Shown one piece after another: positions 1 through 9,442 of a stretch of DNA of 64,000 nucleotides (position 1 is the stretch's first letter; each line of letters opens with the position of its first letter). The stretch comes from a virus. Both the position numbers and the translations under genes were made by a program. The stretch spans positions 19,035 to 83,034 of IMG/VR virus record IMGVR_UViG_3300025154_000068. The stretch is one strand, 5' to 3'. The notes beneath the pieces are model-generated. The model had not been told where the DNA came from. It saw only the letters and a program-made list of their open reading frames with translations, and did no database searches.

Positions 1-222
1 TCCGTCGCAGCATCGAAGCATCCCAGACCCCGCTCTTGTCGGCTTCGGGGTGGACGGCTTCGCGGGGGCGGGGACCGCCTTTCCTGCCAAGGGAAGCCTC
101 TCCACTGTCGCTGTTGCGGCCGGTTGCATCGACTTCGTATCGCTCGACTTCGACTTCCCGCAGCAGCAACCGCCAAGGAAGACGGATGCGCCAACAATCG
201 TTACCGCGAGTCGACAAGTCAT
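1..222 (-). CDS. Putative lipoprotein (partial, runs off window start)
   Basis: Read manually: GGAGG RBS, MTCRLAVTIVGASVFLGGCCCGK lipobox-like signal; not in ORF track. Confidence 0.6.
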   Translation of the reverse strand, partial: MTCRLAVTIVGASVFLGGCCCGKSKSSDTKSMQPAATATVERLPLAGKAVPAPAKPSTPKPTRAGSGMLRCCDG

Positions 223-301
223 CGATACCCCCTCCGCGGCCCAGGTTGACCGTGAGTAGGAGCGTACCAGGATCGGCATCTTCGCGATATCTGGATGTCT
301 C

Positions 302-472
302 TTACGCCTGGCCGGGGCGGGTTCTCCAAGTCGTAGACCCGTCGATCGTCCACAACAGGTCGGTGCCCCGTGGCCCCTGAACAAGCGCGACCATGATGGC
401 GATCTGGCGGTGGGGGAAGTCAACGAGCAGCACGCCGCCGGCGCGGGCGGTATCTTCGAAGGTGATGGTCAT
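302..472 (-). CDS. Small hypothetical protein (56 aa)
   Basis: AGGAGG RBS before ATG at 472; MTITFEDTARAGG...RPGQA-stop. Confidence 0.5.
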   Translation of the reverse strand: MTITFEDTARAGGVLLVDFPHRQIAIMVALVQGPRGTDLLWTIDGSTTWRTRPGQA

Positions 473-494
473 GCCCTCCTATCGGACGGCTGCC

Positions 495-868
495 GGATCG
501 GTTGCGTGAAATCGTCCCAGCGACGATTCTTGCTAGAAGGAGGTGCACCGTGCGATTTGATGACGTCGACGACATGCTGTTGCAGAACCTTACGCTGGGA
601 GAACCCGACGAGGCCGCACCAGGCAAGTACTTGGAAAGGGCCCGCGAGATTCTGGACAAGCGCCAGAGGGCGACCGACCGCTACCACATTTTCGTGGACG
701 ATGGAGTTCTCGTCCTGGCTCGTGACCGTGACCGGCTTGGCCAGATTTCCAATCGCTGGCTTCGGAAAGAGATGGCCGCGTTGGGCTAGTGACATTCGAC
801 GTGCTCGCTGGCGCCGGCACCGCCCTTCATCGCTCGACAGGAGGTCGAGGATCGGTTGCGTGAAATCG
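495..868. repeat. 20-bp direct repeat GGATCGGTTGCGTGAAATCG at 495-514 and 849-868
   Basis: Two identical copies flanking the 550-789 ORF. Confidence 0.85.
550..789 (+). CDS. Hypothetical protein
   Basis: Strong AGAAGGAGGT RBS before GTG at 550. Confidence 0.6.
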   Translation: MRFDDVDDMLLQNLTLGEPDEAAPGKYLERAREILDKRQRATDRYHIFVDDGVLVLARDRDRLGQISNRWLRKEMAALG

Positions 869-906
869 ACCGCCCCTGTGCGCCGCGCCAACTTGCACGC
901 TTCGGC

Positions 907-1335
907 TCAGTATCCCCACTTGTCGTCCTTGCGGATGGGCTGGGCGCAGCTCTGCTGTGGACGGGACCTGCAATCCGTGCCGCAACGTCCCACCGGCCGG
1001 TACCATTCGACCCGCGCGCCGTTGATCAAGAACTGGTGATGACAACACGACTCACCCCCGCCGGAGCAGACCGTGTTTGTTCGACCTGTGAATTGATTGG
1101 GTGCTGTTGTCGAGCATTCGACCGATCGCTTCCGGCACTCGTGGTACGTCCACAGTTCGAAGCCGCCCGCAACATCGGCGGTGGAGCGCGGCATCGTCGA
1201 GAACAGGGGATGAACTTGAAGCGATTGGATGTGCGCGCCGCTCCACGCAACGACGTCGCTGTCTCGCACTTCCATGCGCTTGCCGCCGCACCCAGGCATG
1301 GCCATCGTCAGCAGAGTCAACGCGACCCATCTCAT
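907..1335 (-). CDS. Cys-rich lipoprotein
   Basis: MRWVALTLLTMAMPGC lipobox; multiple Cys. Confidence 0.7.
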   Translation of the reverse strand: MRWVALTLLTMAMPGCGGKRMEVRDSDVVAWSGAHIQSLQVHPLFSTMPRSTADVAGGFELWTYHECRKRSVECSTTAPNQFTGRTNTVCSGGGESCCHHQFLINGARVEWYRPVGRCGTDCRSRPQQSCAQPIRKDDKWGY

Positions 1336-1499
1336 GGTGCGAGGCTACCACGAGCGCGACACGAAAAATTGACGCCCCACCCCGAACTTTCTTTCCCAAA
1401 CTGTTGACACCAACAGTTTCTCGACCTATGTTTCTTCTCGTCGGGGCAACCTGACACCGACCCGGCGGAACCGGGAGGTCCTTGAAAACGGAGCTAGAC

Positions 1500-1808
1500 A
1501 TGGTCGAGGTAACCATCCTCATCCCGGTCGCTGACAATGACGGCGACCACTTCACCCCCAACCACCATGCGGCCTTCGAGAGCTTCATCCTCGAACGGTT
1601 CGGTGGCCTGAGTCGAGAGGCTCAAACAATCGAGGGGGTCTGGGAAGACCAGGGTCGCACCTACCGCGACACCAACCTGGTCTACCGGATCGCCATCAAC
1701 TCGATAACGGAAGGGGGGCTGCTGAAGGAAGTCGCAGACTTCGCCAAGCAGCACTACCGACAGGAAGCCATCTTCCTGCGGTACCTAGGGGTCGCCGAGA
1801 TTGTCTAG
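1500..1808 (+). CDS. Hypothetical protein, DUF3574/GlnB-like fold candidate
   Basis: FGGLS...EGVWED...YRQEAIF pattern; GGAG RBS before ATG 1500. Confidence 0.55.
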   Translation: MVEVTILIPVADNDGDHFTPNHHAAFESFILERFGGLSREAQTIEGVWEDQGRTYRDTNLVYRIAINSITEGGLLKEVADFAKQHYRQEAIFLRYLGVAEIV

Positions 1809-1887
1809 CCCCGAGTGAGATGGGGGCCCGCTCGGAGGGGCGGGCCCCTTCTCTCCCCCTTTCCGGACCCGTACGAAGGAGCGCGTC

Positions 1888-2724
1888 ATGGCAACCAAGA
1901 TCGACAAGCACAACACCATCACCGGCGAAACGCTCGAGTACCCGCGCCCGTCGAAGGCCGTTGCGGCGTTCCTCGCCCGCGTCGTCGATGGTGCCAACGA
2001 TCCGAACGTCTCGGAGGCCGAGCTCACCGCGTTGGTCTACGGCAAGGAGAACCCGCTACTCGACCAGACGATGTTCCCCCACCACGGCGCCGTGACGGTG
2101 GCTGTGTTCGCCGATCCGGTCTACCACGTCATGTTGGACCTGCTCGGGCGCAAGCGCGTTCAGGCGGGCACGCTGGACCTGGGGGCGGTGTCCGCGGCGT
2201 CGACGATGACCATCACCGAAGCGGCCGCCGAGCTCGGCGTCACGTCGTCTGCAGTGCGTCAGGCAATCCACGCTCACCGCCTCCCCGCGATCAAGCGCGG
2301 CGGGAGCTACCTGCTGGACCCTCGCGACGTCGCCAGCTTCCGGGTGATGCGGAGGGGGCCGAAGCCTCGAGGCGAGCGCGAGGAGGCCGTGGGGAAGGCG
2401 CCAGCGCCCGAGGAGCGCGAGCCTGACCTACGCCTCCGGATCGGCAACAAGCCCGGCGGAAGCTTTCGTGTGAAGGTCGACGGGTTCGAGGTGACGGGCA
2501 AGGAGGGGAAGGTCGTGGATGGGGTGGTGCGCGAATTCCGCGGGCGCGCCGCGATCGCGTTCAGCGGGAAGGACTCGAACCGGATGATGGTGCTCGAGCC
2601 GGCCGAGGAGGAGGAGAGCTTCGAGATCGGCGGGTTCTATGTGCGGGGGAAGTTCCGGGTCGTCGAGAAGGTGAACAACCCGCGGGAAGCGGCGGAGCGG
2701 TGGAAGGGGTTCAAGGTGGGGTGA
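1888..2724 (+). CDS. Protein with central excisionase-like (HTH_17) DNA-binding domain
   Basis: MTITEAAAELGVTSSAVRQAIHAHRLPAIKRGGSYLLDPRDV; AAGGAG RBS. Confidence 0.75.
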   Translation: MATKIDKHNTITGETLEYPRPSKAVAAFLARVVDGANDPNVSEAELTALVYGKENPLLDQTMFPHHGAVTVAVFADPVYHVMLDLLGRKRVQAGTLDLGAVSAASTMTITEAAAELGVTSSAVRQAIHAHRLPAIKRGGSYLLDPRDVASFRVMRRGPKPRGEREEAVGKAPAPEEREPDLRLRIGNKPGGSFRVKVDGFEVTGKEGKVVDGVVREFRGRAAIAFSGKDSNRMMVLEPAEEEESFEIGGFYVRGKFRVVEKVNNPREAAERWKGFKVG

Positions 2725-2760
2725 TTTCGCGCTGGTCGGGTTTCTGCTATCCGTTGAATC

Positions 2761-3027
2761 ATGGCTACAGCAACGATCAAAGAAGAATACCGGAAGCAGT
2801 ACGGCAAGGCCTCGTTCTTTGGTAGGGTTGCCAACATCGACGAGACAACTTGGGAGGTCGAGTTCTGGCTGATGGAGGATGGGCAGAAGCCGCCCGAGAA
2901 GATGATGCTACCGCTGGCGCACCTTGAGTCCTGCGTTGAGGTTGGGACAGGCGCCACGCTGGAACTCGCTCGGAAGAACAGGGTTGACTACTTCGAGTTG
3001 GCGAAACAGCAAGGCTGGAGAGGGTAA
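2761..3027 (+). CDS. Hypothetical protein
   Basis: 88-aa ORF with protein-like composition following the HTH gene. Confidence 0.6.
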   Translation: MATATIKEEYRKQYGKASFFGRVANIDETTWEVEFWLMEDGQKPPEKMMLPLAHLESCVEVGTGATLELARKNRVDYFELAKQQGWRG

Positions 3028-3332
3028 CAACCCGTCGCCTCACCTGCGAAGCGCCCAAGCCTCAACCCAAGTCGATGGGTTCCACGTCAAAGGCCGTTCC
3101 GCGTCACTGAACGCCTCCCCACCCTGCCGGCACCGTGATCACCCCTCCCCGGCGCATCATCAAATCCACCGCCCCCATCCCAGCACGTGTCGCCAGGCCC
3201 CGCCGTGCTCCGGCCGCAGGTCGACCAGCCGCACGCGCCCCTGATACAGCTCCCACCGCTGGCGCACTTCCTCGATGCACTCTCCAATCCGCGAACACCG
3301 CGACGTGCCGATCCGGCCAATCTGCTGTTGAG

Positions 3333-4031
3333 TCAGACCTCGACGTTCCGCCACCCCTCCGGAACAGTGACGAGCTCGTCACGGTAGCCAAGCATGTCCA
3401 CCTCGATCCAGCCGTCGACCTTGCACGATCCCAGGTAGCACCCGTCCGACCGCACCTCCCACCGTCGGCGCCGCATCGCGCACGCCTGCAGCCCCTTGCG
3501 GCCCGTCTGCCCACCGTCCGCGGTGATGAGGTCGTCTCCGTCCCACCGAATCGCCACGGCCACGTGCATCGGCTTGACGACCTGAATGATGGCACTGGGA
3601 CCAGGGCGAAGTCCGTGCCCGGGCGTCTGCCACGCCCCGCACGTCTTCGCGTAGTCGATTCCAACGCCGAGGCCGGTGCCGATGTCGTCCGCGTACCCGT
3701 CCAGCCAGTCCTCGCAGTCGACCAGCACACGCCTTCCGAGCCCGAGCGCGGTCATGGAGCAAGTGGAGATACCCTCGGTTCGGAGCCTGCCCTCGTCGTC
3801 GCGCCAGCTGTGATAGGGCACGTCGAGGCACCACGCGCCGGGGCCCAGCAGATCCTCGAAGGCACGGCGGGTCTCCAGGCTGCCGGCCTCGAGCCCAACG
3901 CCTGGGTAGAGCTTGGCCCCCATCGTCGACTCGTCGACCGTCGACAGGGCGTTCGCTACCCAGCACCGCCGGACATCGTCGGCGAGTTCCGGGCGAGGGA
4001 TCTGGATGAGGGGGGTGCGCTGGTTGATCAT
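3333..4031 (-). CDS. Putative NlpC/P60-CHAP-like amidase/peptidase
   Basis: STCSMTALG (Cys), MHVAVA (His), ADGGQ; adjacent to endolysin. Confidence 0.55.
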   Translation of the reverse strand: MINQRTPLIQIPRPELADDVRRCWVANALSTVDESTMGAKLYPGVGLEAGSLETRRAFEDLLGPGAWCLDVPYHSWRDDEGRLRTEGISTCSMTALGLGRRVLVDCEDWLDGYADDIGTGLGVGIDYAKTCGAWQTPGHGLRPGPSAIIQVVKPMHVAVAIRWDGDDLITADGGQTGRKGLQACAMRRRRWEVRSDGCYLGSCKVDGWIEVDMLGYRDELVTVPEGWRNVEV

Positions 4032-4138
4032 CGGACACCTTTCGGCTGTGGAGGGGCCGCCAGAGAGGCGGAGGAAGGGCGAGGCCGGTGGAAGGCTTCG
4101 GCGTTCACCAAGGGCGCTCGGCCGGGTACGATTCGCCG

Positions 4139-4420
4139 ATGACCAAGCACATCAAGCCGATCGCCATCGCCGCAGTCTTCCTGGTGGGGTGCGCCGTGGG
4201 TGGCGCGTCGTCCCATTTCGTTGTGCCGCTGGCGAGCGCGCAGCAGCAGGTGACGATGACGCGGTGGGAGTACCTTTGCGTCAGTACGTCGGCCGAGGAT
4301 GGTGAGGAGGGTGCGCAAGCGAAGGCCAATGCGGCCGGTAGAGAAGGTTGGGAATTGGCTTCGGTGGCATCCATGCACCGCGGCTACCAAATGGTCTGGT
4401 GTTTCAAGCGCCCGCTGTGA
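4139..4420 (+). CDS. DUF4177-like secreted protein (moron, opposite strand)
   Basis: Signal peptide; RWEY...GREGWEL...FKRP motif. Confidence 0.75.
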   Translation: MTKHIKPIAIAAVFLVGCAVGGASSHFVVPLASAQQQVTMTRWEYLCVSTSAEDGEEGAQAKANAAGREGWELASVASMHRGYQMVWCFKRPL

Positions 4421-4435
4421 ATTCACTCCAATCGG

Positions 4436-5083
4436 TCATGCTGTCCCCAAGTCGCAACTTGCCAAGTCGTGCCTCGCCATCCACCGAAGATCGTCGATGC
4501 TGCCGTTGAACACGTTCGTGTCGACGTCGGTGGTGATGCCCGTTACCAGGCCGTCGTTCGATGCCTGCCAGACGATCCAATCGGTCCAGGGCCTCGGAAT
4601 TGCCGGCTTCTGCACGCCCCAGTGAGCGACCCAGAGTGGGTGCCGCGAAAAACGATCGTCAGCACCGATCGCTGGCGTCCACCATCCCGTCGAGGTGTAG
4701 ATCCACGGGCATAGGCCCGTCACGCCTTCGACGGCCTCGAGCCATTCGAGTAGAGCCTCCGGTCCAGGGGCGCCTTCCTCTGCGTCGAGCACTGGCGGGA
4801 GGCAGGGCGAGTACAGGGGGCCACGCGGAAGCCACACGCTGGCGAGCTGCGCCCAGAAGGTGTGCGCCTGCATGTCTGCCGTAGCGCCCGGGTGCTCGTA
4901 GTAGTGGTAGGCGCCGGGAATGATGCCGGCGTCGACTGCACCGCGCCAATTCTCGATGAAGCGCGGGTCATCGGTGTCGCCGTGGCTCGCACGAATGAAG
5001 GCGAACGAGACGCCATCCCGAGCCACGGCGGGCCAGTCGATCTTGCCCTGCCACTTCGAGACGTCGATGCCGCGGGCGCTCAC
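4436..5083 (-). CDS. GH25 muramidase (endolysin)
   Basis: GIDVSKWQGKIDW, FAFIRAS, GAYHY, PPVLDAE, LWVAHW, DVDTNVFNG. Confidence 0.92.
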   Translation of the reverse strand: MSARGIDVSKWQGKIDWPAVARDGVSFAFIRASHGDTDDPRFIENWRGAVDAGIIPGAYHYYEHPGATADMQAHTFWAQLASVWLPRGPLYSPCLPPVLDAEEGAPGPEALLEWLEAVEGVTGLCPWIYTSTGWWTPAIGADDRFSRHPLWVAHWGVQKPAIPRPWTDWIVWQASNDGLVTGITTDVDTNVFNGSIDDLRWMARHDLASCDLGTA

Positions 5084-5445
5084 TGGTGGACCTCGAAGGT
5101 GAAGCGCTTGAAGATGGATGGGAATGCTTCGCGAGCGGCCGCCATTACTTCGTCGAAACAGTGCTCACCGTCGGCCACGAATGCACTGTTGCTGCCAAAG
5201 CGTCTGTCGCCGCTACGATCCCAGAATGCAACGATGGTCAGGCCAGCTACGCGCGTCACCGTGGCGAAGCCCTCCGGTTGCACCGGGGGACCGGATTGGT
5301 ATGGCCGACGGGGCCGTTCCGGCTGTGGGGCCAGGTTTCCATCGATGAGGCGACTGAGACGACGATCGTCCCGATCCAGCCTCCCATCCGCGGTCCACAG
5401 GTAGTGGCCTGGATGGCCCCAAACGCCGAAGTATCGAATCGTCAT
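5080..5445 (-). CDS. Hypothetical phage protein
   Basis: 121-aa ORF overlapping endolysin start (coupled). Confidence 0.65.
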   Translation of the reverse strand: MTIRYFGVWGHPGHYLWTADGRLDRDDRRLSRLIDGNLAPQPERPRRPYQSGPPVQPEGFATVTRVAGLTIVAFWDRSGDRRFGSNSAFVADGEHCFDEVMAAAREAFPSIFKRFTFEVHQ

Positions 5446-5546
5446 ACGGGCTCCACATGCTCACACGTCGGACATCGACGCTTCGCCAGTACGCTCGAAA
5501 TCCAAGTGCGGCCGCAGCGCGAGCAGACCCACCCAGGCCCAGCGGC

Positions 5547-5903
5547 TCAAGTCTGCCTCCTCGGCATCACCGACACGTCGAGGAACAGGTTCCCGTGCGT
5601 GCCGAGATGAATCGTCCAAGCAAGGCGCCCATGCGGCATCTTCGTTGGCGCGTCCCCATGCACCGTTTCCCACTCGCCGTCTTTGCTCCGGCTCCCATCG
5701 GTGAGGTAGCCACCAGTCACGCTTAGCAGGCGCATGATCAGCGCCTCAGCCGACGTGGCCTCCTCGGTCCAGGGGACGGCGATGATGTCGAGGTCACGCG
5801 CCATGCTCCCGTGAGGGGCAATCGCGTAGCCGCAGTCGCGCCCGGCCTGAACGAGGTCCGGGAGGAGGCTGGCGTAGGTTGCTGCGGGAGAGACGTCTTT
5901 CAT
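5547..5903 (-). CDS. Minimal nucleotidyltransferase-like phage protein
   Basis: HGSMARDLDIIAV matches Pol-beta NTase hGS..DxD; start at ATG 5903 overlapping upstream stop. Confidence 0.55.
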   Translation of the reverse strand: MKDVSPAATYASLLPDLVQAGRDCGYAIAPHGSMARDLDIIAVPWTEEATSAEALIMRLLSVTGGYLTDGSRSKDGEWETVHGDAPTKMPHGRLAWTIHLGTHGNLFLDVSVMPRRQT

Positions 5904-6196
5904 CGAATCTGGCCTCCCTGCACGAATCCGTGCCAGCACCCGGCGACGTTGATCGACGGCGCGAGCGTGAGGTCGTCGATCCCTGTCCCGGAGACGGCCC
6001 ACCGGGGAAGCGGCACTTCTTCTTCCGGAGCTCCGCGGCCCTTGAACCACACGATGACCTGGTGGTTGCCGCATTGCGGGCATTCGAAGCGGATGCCCTG
6101 GGCCTCGGCGAGCGCGTCGACGTACCTGTAGCGCTTCCCCGGTTCCTCGATGCGAAGCAGTTGGGGTTCGAGATCGCGGACCTTCACCATAGGCAC
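5900..6196 (-). CDS. DUF6527-like Zn-binding protein
   Basis: FECPQCG...W...LTLAPSI...CWHGFVQGGQI. Confidence 0.6.
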   Translation of the reverse strand: MPMVKVRDLEPQLLRIEEPGKRYRYVDALAEAQGIRFECPQCGNHQVIVWFKGRGAPEEEVPLPRWAVSGTGIDDLTLAPSINVAGCWHGFVQGGQIR

Positions 6197-6226
6197 TATC
6201 CTTCCAGTGTGTTACATGCGCCGATC

Positions 6227-6568
6227 ATGCGGTTCGCTCACTTCATACTGGTCGCCATAGGAGTGTCGCTCATCGCCTGCTCCAGCGACGACGATCCGGC
6301 AGAGAAGCCAGGTCCCTGGGAATGTGTTATCTGGACTGGTGGCATTAGTCCGGGGGGCTGCAGTTGTGCGGAATCGGTCAATGATATCCGCACCGATTTT
6401 GCAGACATCGTGAAGGACACAACCTCGTGCACCGGGGAGTGTTGCGTCCTCTATCCCGGGCATCCAGACGATCCATCGGACCATGACTACTGCGAGTGCC
6501 AGCCCGAACCGTGTCCAGAAAACCTCACGGGGGAAACAGTCGCTGACTGCAACACTAACCCGTTTTGA
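6227..6568 (+). CDS. Cys-rich lipoprotein (moron, opposite strand)
   Basis: MRFAHFILVAIGVSLIAC lipobox; acidic, many Cys; visibly lower GC. Confidence 0.75.
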   Translation: MRFAHFILVAIGVSLIACSSDDDPAEKPGPWECVIWTGGISPGGCSCAESVNDIRTDFADIVKDTTSCTGECCVLYPGHPDDPSDHDYCECQPEPCPENLTGETVADCNTNPF

Positions 6569-6569
6569 C

Positions 6570-6887
6570 CTACCGCTCGCACCGCACGTTGCATCCCCTC
6601 ACGCCGTCGACCGTCCCGTCGCTCGCTAGGACGCACTGAGGCCCCGACTCCGGACCGATCCACACGTAGCCCAGCCGGGACAGCCGCTCGCAGTCGGCCG
6701 TGCACTGCTCGACGTCGTTGCCCTCCCGACACTCGAGCTCGTGCATCATCCCGCACGCAGCGGGGCACGCATCGAGGCCTGGGGAAGGGTGGACGACATG
6801 CGAGGAGCACCCCACGATCGACAGGAGCCAGAGCATGGCGCCCGCGACCGCTGCGAGTCCGAGGTAGTCGAGCCAGGTGTTTTTCAT
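6570..6887 (-). CDS. Cys-rich lipoprotein
   Basis: LWLLSIVGC lipobox; CxxxC repeats; start overlaps protease stop. Confidence 0.7.
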   Translation of the reverse strand: MKNTWLDYLGLAAVAGAMLWLLSIVGCSSHVVHPSPGLDACPAACGMMHELECREGNDVEQCTADCERLSRLGYVWIGPESGPQCVLASDGTVDGVRGCNVRCER

Positions 6888-7699
6888 CGAAGCGCCCCCA
6901 TGAGTTTGAGGTTGTGCACCAGCGCTTCCACGTCGACGTCCACGATCCACGTCTCGGAGTCGTGGTCCTCGCGCACGTTGCGCCAGGACTCGCGCCGGTC
7001 GTAGGTGTCATTCCAGCTCGACACCTTGCCCAATGATTCCGCGTCGTACGTCGCGCACAACTCCGCGTGCCTGCCCTTGGCGCCGTCTTCGTCGAGCGTC
7101 CACGGCGGGTCCCCGGGCATCCAGTCGAGGTAGGGTTGATCGACACGGATGCCACGGATGACTGGACGCGCAGCCCTGCCCGGCGCGGACAGCGTTGCTT
7201 TGATGATGGCCTCGAGCTCGCCGCCGTACGCAAGCACCCGACGGGGGCGTAGCCAGTCGTTGCGCAAGCCCTTCGTGAGTACGTCCCACGGGGGCTCCAC
7301 ACAGACCTTGCTAACCCGAAACGGCCAGTCCGCGTCGATGGCAAACCCAGCCTCGCGAAGCATCGCGGCCATGTCCGGCATGCGGCACCCGAGGTCCACG
7401 ATCTTGCTCTTGTCGCCGTCGTGCGTCTTGGCGAGCGTGAGATAGTACATCCCGAGCACCGACGCCCACACACGCGGCAGACCGAGGATGCCGAGCAGCG
7501 TCCAGATCGCGCCGGCATACGCCCACGCGACGCAGGTCTCCGTGATGCTCTGGTCGCCTCCGCGCCGAACGAAGTTGGTCAGCTCGGTGCACTCGGTGGG
7601 CACAGAACCAGCGCGGTAGGTCGCGACGCCGTAGGGGGCCACGCCGCGGGGCGTGGGGACGAGACCGTTGCACTTCAGCACGCGGGGTTGGCGGGGCAT
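6884..7699 (-). CDS. Papain-like (C1 family) cysteine protease
   Basis: DQSITETCVAWA (Gln, catalytic Cys), GRHAELCATYD (His), VSSW. Confidence 0.7.
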   Translation of the reverse strand: MPRQPRVLKCNGLVPTPRGVAPYGVATYRAGSVPTECTELTNFVRRGGDQSITETCVAWAYAGAIWTLLGILGLPRVWASVLGMYYLTLAKTHDGDKSKIVDLGCRMPDMAAMLREAGFAIDADWPFRVSKVCVEPPWDVLTKGLRNDWLRPRRVLAYGGELEAIIKATLSAPGRAARPVIRGIRVDQPYLDWMPGDPPWTLDEDGAKGRHAELCATYDAESLGKVSSWNDTYDRRESWRNVREDHDSETWIVDVDVEALVHNLKLMGALR

Positions 7700-8115
7700 C
7701 ACTTGCTCATCCCCACCGTGTACGCCTTCGGATCCGGGACGTATCCGCCGGCGCCCCCGGTGTTGCCGACGAACGGCCGCAGCACATCCCACGCCGTCGC
7801 GAAGGCACGGAACACCGCTGCGAGGTCAGGCGTGTTGCACTGCTCCCTGGCGCCGTCGAGCAGCTCTTGGGCAATCCGCAGGCCCATCGACGCATCACGC
7901 AGCGCCTCCAAAGCCCGCGTCTTGGCCGTGCCATCCGGCATGGTCGAGACCATCGCGGACGCCTGGGCGATTGCCGTGTTCGCCTCGGGGAGCATCGCCT
8001 CACCGCGTTCGATGAGTGGCTTTGCGATGTCACACGCGTCCGTGAAGAGCGAGCACGAGGGAAGTGTCACCATCAACGCCAACACCATGAGAATCAGACT
8101 TCGAAACCTCGACAT
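7699..8115 (-). CDS. Helical lipoprotein (spanin-like position)
   Basis: MSRFRSLILMVLALMVTLPSC lipobox; amphipathic helices. Confidence 0.65.
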   Translation of the reverse strand: MSRFRSLILMVLALMVTLPSCSLFTDACDIAKPLIERGEAMLPEANTAIAQASAMVSTMPDGTAKTRALEALRDASMGLRIAQELLDGAREQCNTPDLAAVFRAFATAWDVLRPFVGNTGGAGGYVPDPKAYTVGMSK

Positions 8116-8117
8116 GA

Positions 8118-8711
8118 TCAGCCTCCAAACAGTTGAGCGATCCCAGCACCACTACCGAGCGCCGTGATGATCGCGACGATGACGGCGGCAATGATTGCCC
8201 CGATTTTTTCCCACTTCGTCCACTCGCGTTTCGCAGCCTTGTCCACGCGCTCGGAGTTGCGCCGACGCTCGGCCTCCGTCGCGGTGATGGTCGCTCGAGC
8301 AGCTGCGAGCAGGGCCTGCAGCTCCGCTACCTTGTCGTCCCGGTCTATTGCGCGCGCCCTCCACACGGTGGCCGCGGCCTCGGGCTCGCGACCGCTCAAC
8401 GTCGGCTCGTCGGGATCCCAATCGGGCATCGACACGAGCGGGAGTCGCGGAGCGATCCTCATGTCACGCCTGAGCCCGCGGATCTCGCCCACGACTCCCG
8501 CGACCGCGGCCACCTGGTCGAGCATGTCACCTTCCAGGCCGTGGACCGCTTCCTTCAGGCCTCCGATTTCGGAGTTCTGCGCCCGGAACGCTTCTCGCAA
8601 TTCCTCCCACCAGAGACGCTCGCGGCGCTGTTCAGCTTCGAGAGCTTCGAGTCGGTCGTTCTCGACGCAACCCCTTCCACCGTTCTCTGGGATCCCACAC
8701 TCGGATCGCAT
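8118..8711 (-). CDS. Coiled-coil protein with C-terminal TM helix
   Basis: TAATG coupling to sigma gene; IGAIIAAVIVAIITALG. Confidence 0.6.
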   Translation of the reverse strand: MRSECGIPENGGRGCVENDRLEALEAEQRRERLWWEELREAFRAQNSEIGGLKEAVHGLEGDMLDQVAAVAGVVGEIRGLRRDMRIAPRLPLVSMPDWDPDEPTLSGREPEAAATVWRARAIDRDDKVAELQALLAAARATITATEAERRRNSERVDKAAKREWTKWEKIGAIIAAVIVAIITALGSGAGIAQLFGG

Positions 8712-9442
8712 TATGCAGCCTCGCTCAGCTCTGCGCGCAGACGCTTGAGCGCCCGGTCGCGGATGCGGCTCATACGCATGCGTGCAGCGCGCGGTCCGCA
8801 CGACGTGCGCGAGCCGACGTCAGTTAGGGTCTCGTCGCCAATCACGGTCCGCACGACGACTTCACGCTCATCGGGTGGCAGACGATCCACTGCGGATCGC
8901 ACCAGATGGGCCAGTTCCGCGCGCGCCATCTCGCGCTCCGGATCCGCAGTGCAAGGGATCGGAATGTCGTCGCTGTCGACCGAGGTCATCTTTGCCGCCT
9001 GCACCGCTGCGGTGGCGTGGTCGTGCCGGGGTCGGTGGCCAGTCCTTGCGGCAATGGCGTCCGAGATCGAGCGGTTTGGATCCGGCGTCTGTTGGGCCTC
9101 GTCCCACATCCCAGGCAGCGCCCACCATAACCGTGCAGCGAGCGACGTGCGGCCCACCGTTCCGATTGTGCGCGATGCCCGTACGGCGTCGAGCTGCCGC
9201 AGTCGAATCCAGTACATCGCAGTCGTGGTGTAGGAGGTGTCCCTTTCGGGATCGTGGACCCGGACGGCCTCGAGCAGACCGAGGACACCCTCGGCGACGA
9301 GATCCTCGTGCTCGACTTGGTATCCGGCGAGTCGCGCAGCGCTGCGATGCACCAGGCCGAGGTTGCCCTCGACGAGCTCGGCCGCGGCACGGCGGTCGCC
9401 AGCCTTTGCTCGAGCAACGTGGTCGGCCCAGCGGTCGGTCAT
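8711..9442 (-). CDS. Sigma-70 family RNA polymerase sigma factor (late region)
   Basis: AKAGDRRAAAELVEGNLGLV, EDLVAEGVLGLLEAV..HDPER, region 4 LPPDEREVV...TLTDVG. Confidence 0.85.
   Translation of the reverse strand: MTDRWADHVARAKAGDRRAAAELVEGNLGLVHRSAARLAGYQVEHEDLVAEGVLGLLEAVRVHDPERDTSYTTTAMYWIRLRQLDAVRASRTIGTVGRTSLAARLWWALPGMWDEAQQTPDPNRSISDAIAARTGHRPRHDHATAAVQAAKMTSVDSDDIPIPCTADPEREMARAELAHLVRSAVDRLPPDEREVVVRTVIGDETLTDVGSRTSCGPRAARMRMSRIRDRALKRLRAELSEAA

Noticed and set aside
1824-1847. GC hairpin after ORF 1500-1808 as terminator
   Set aside because: No convincing U-tract
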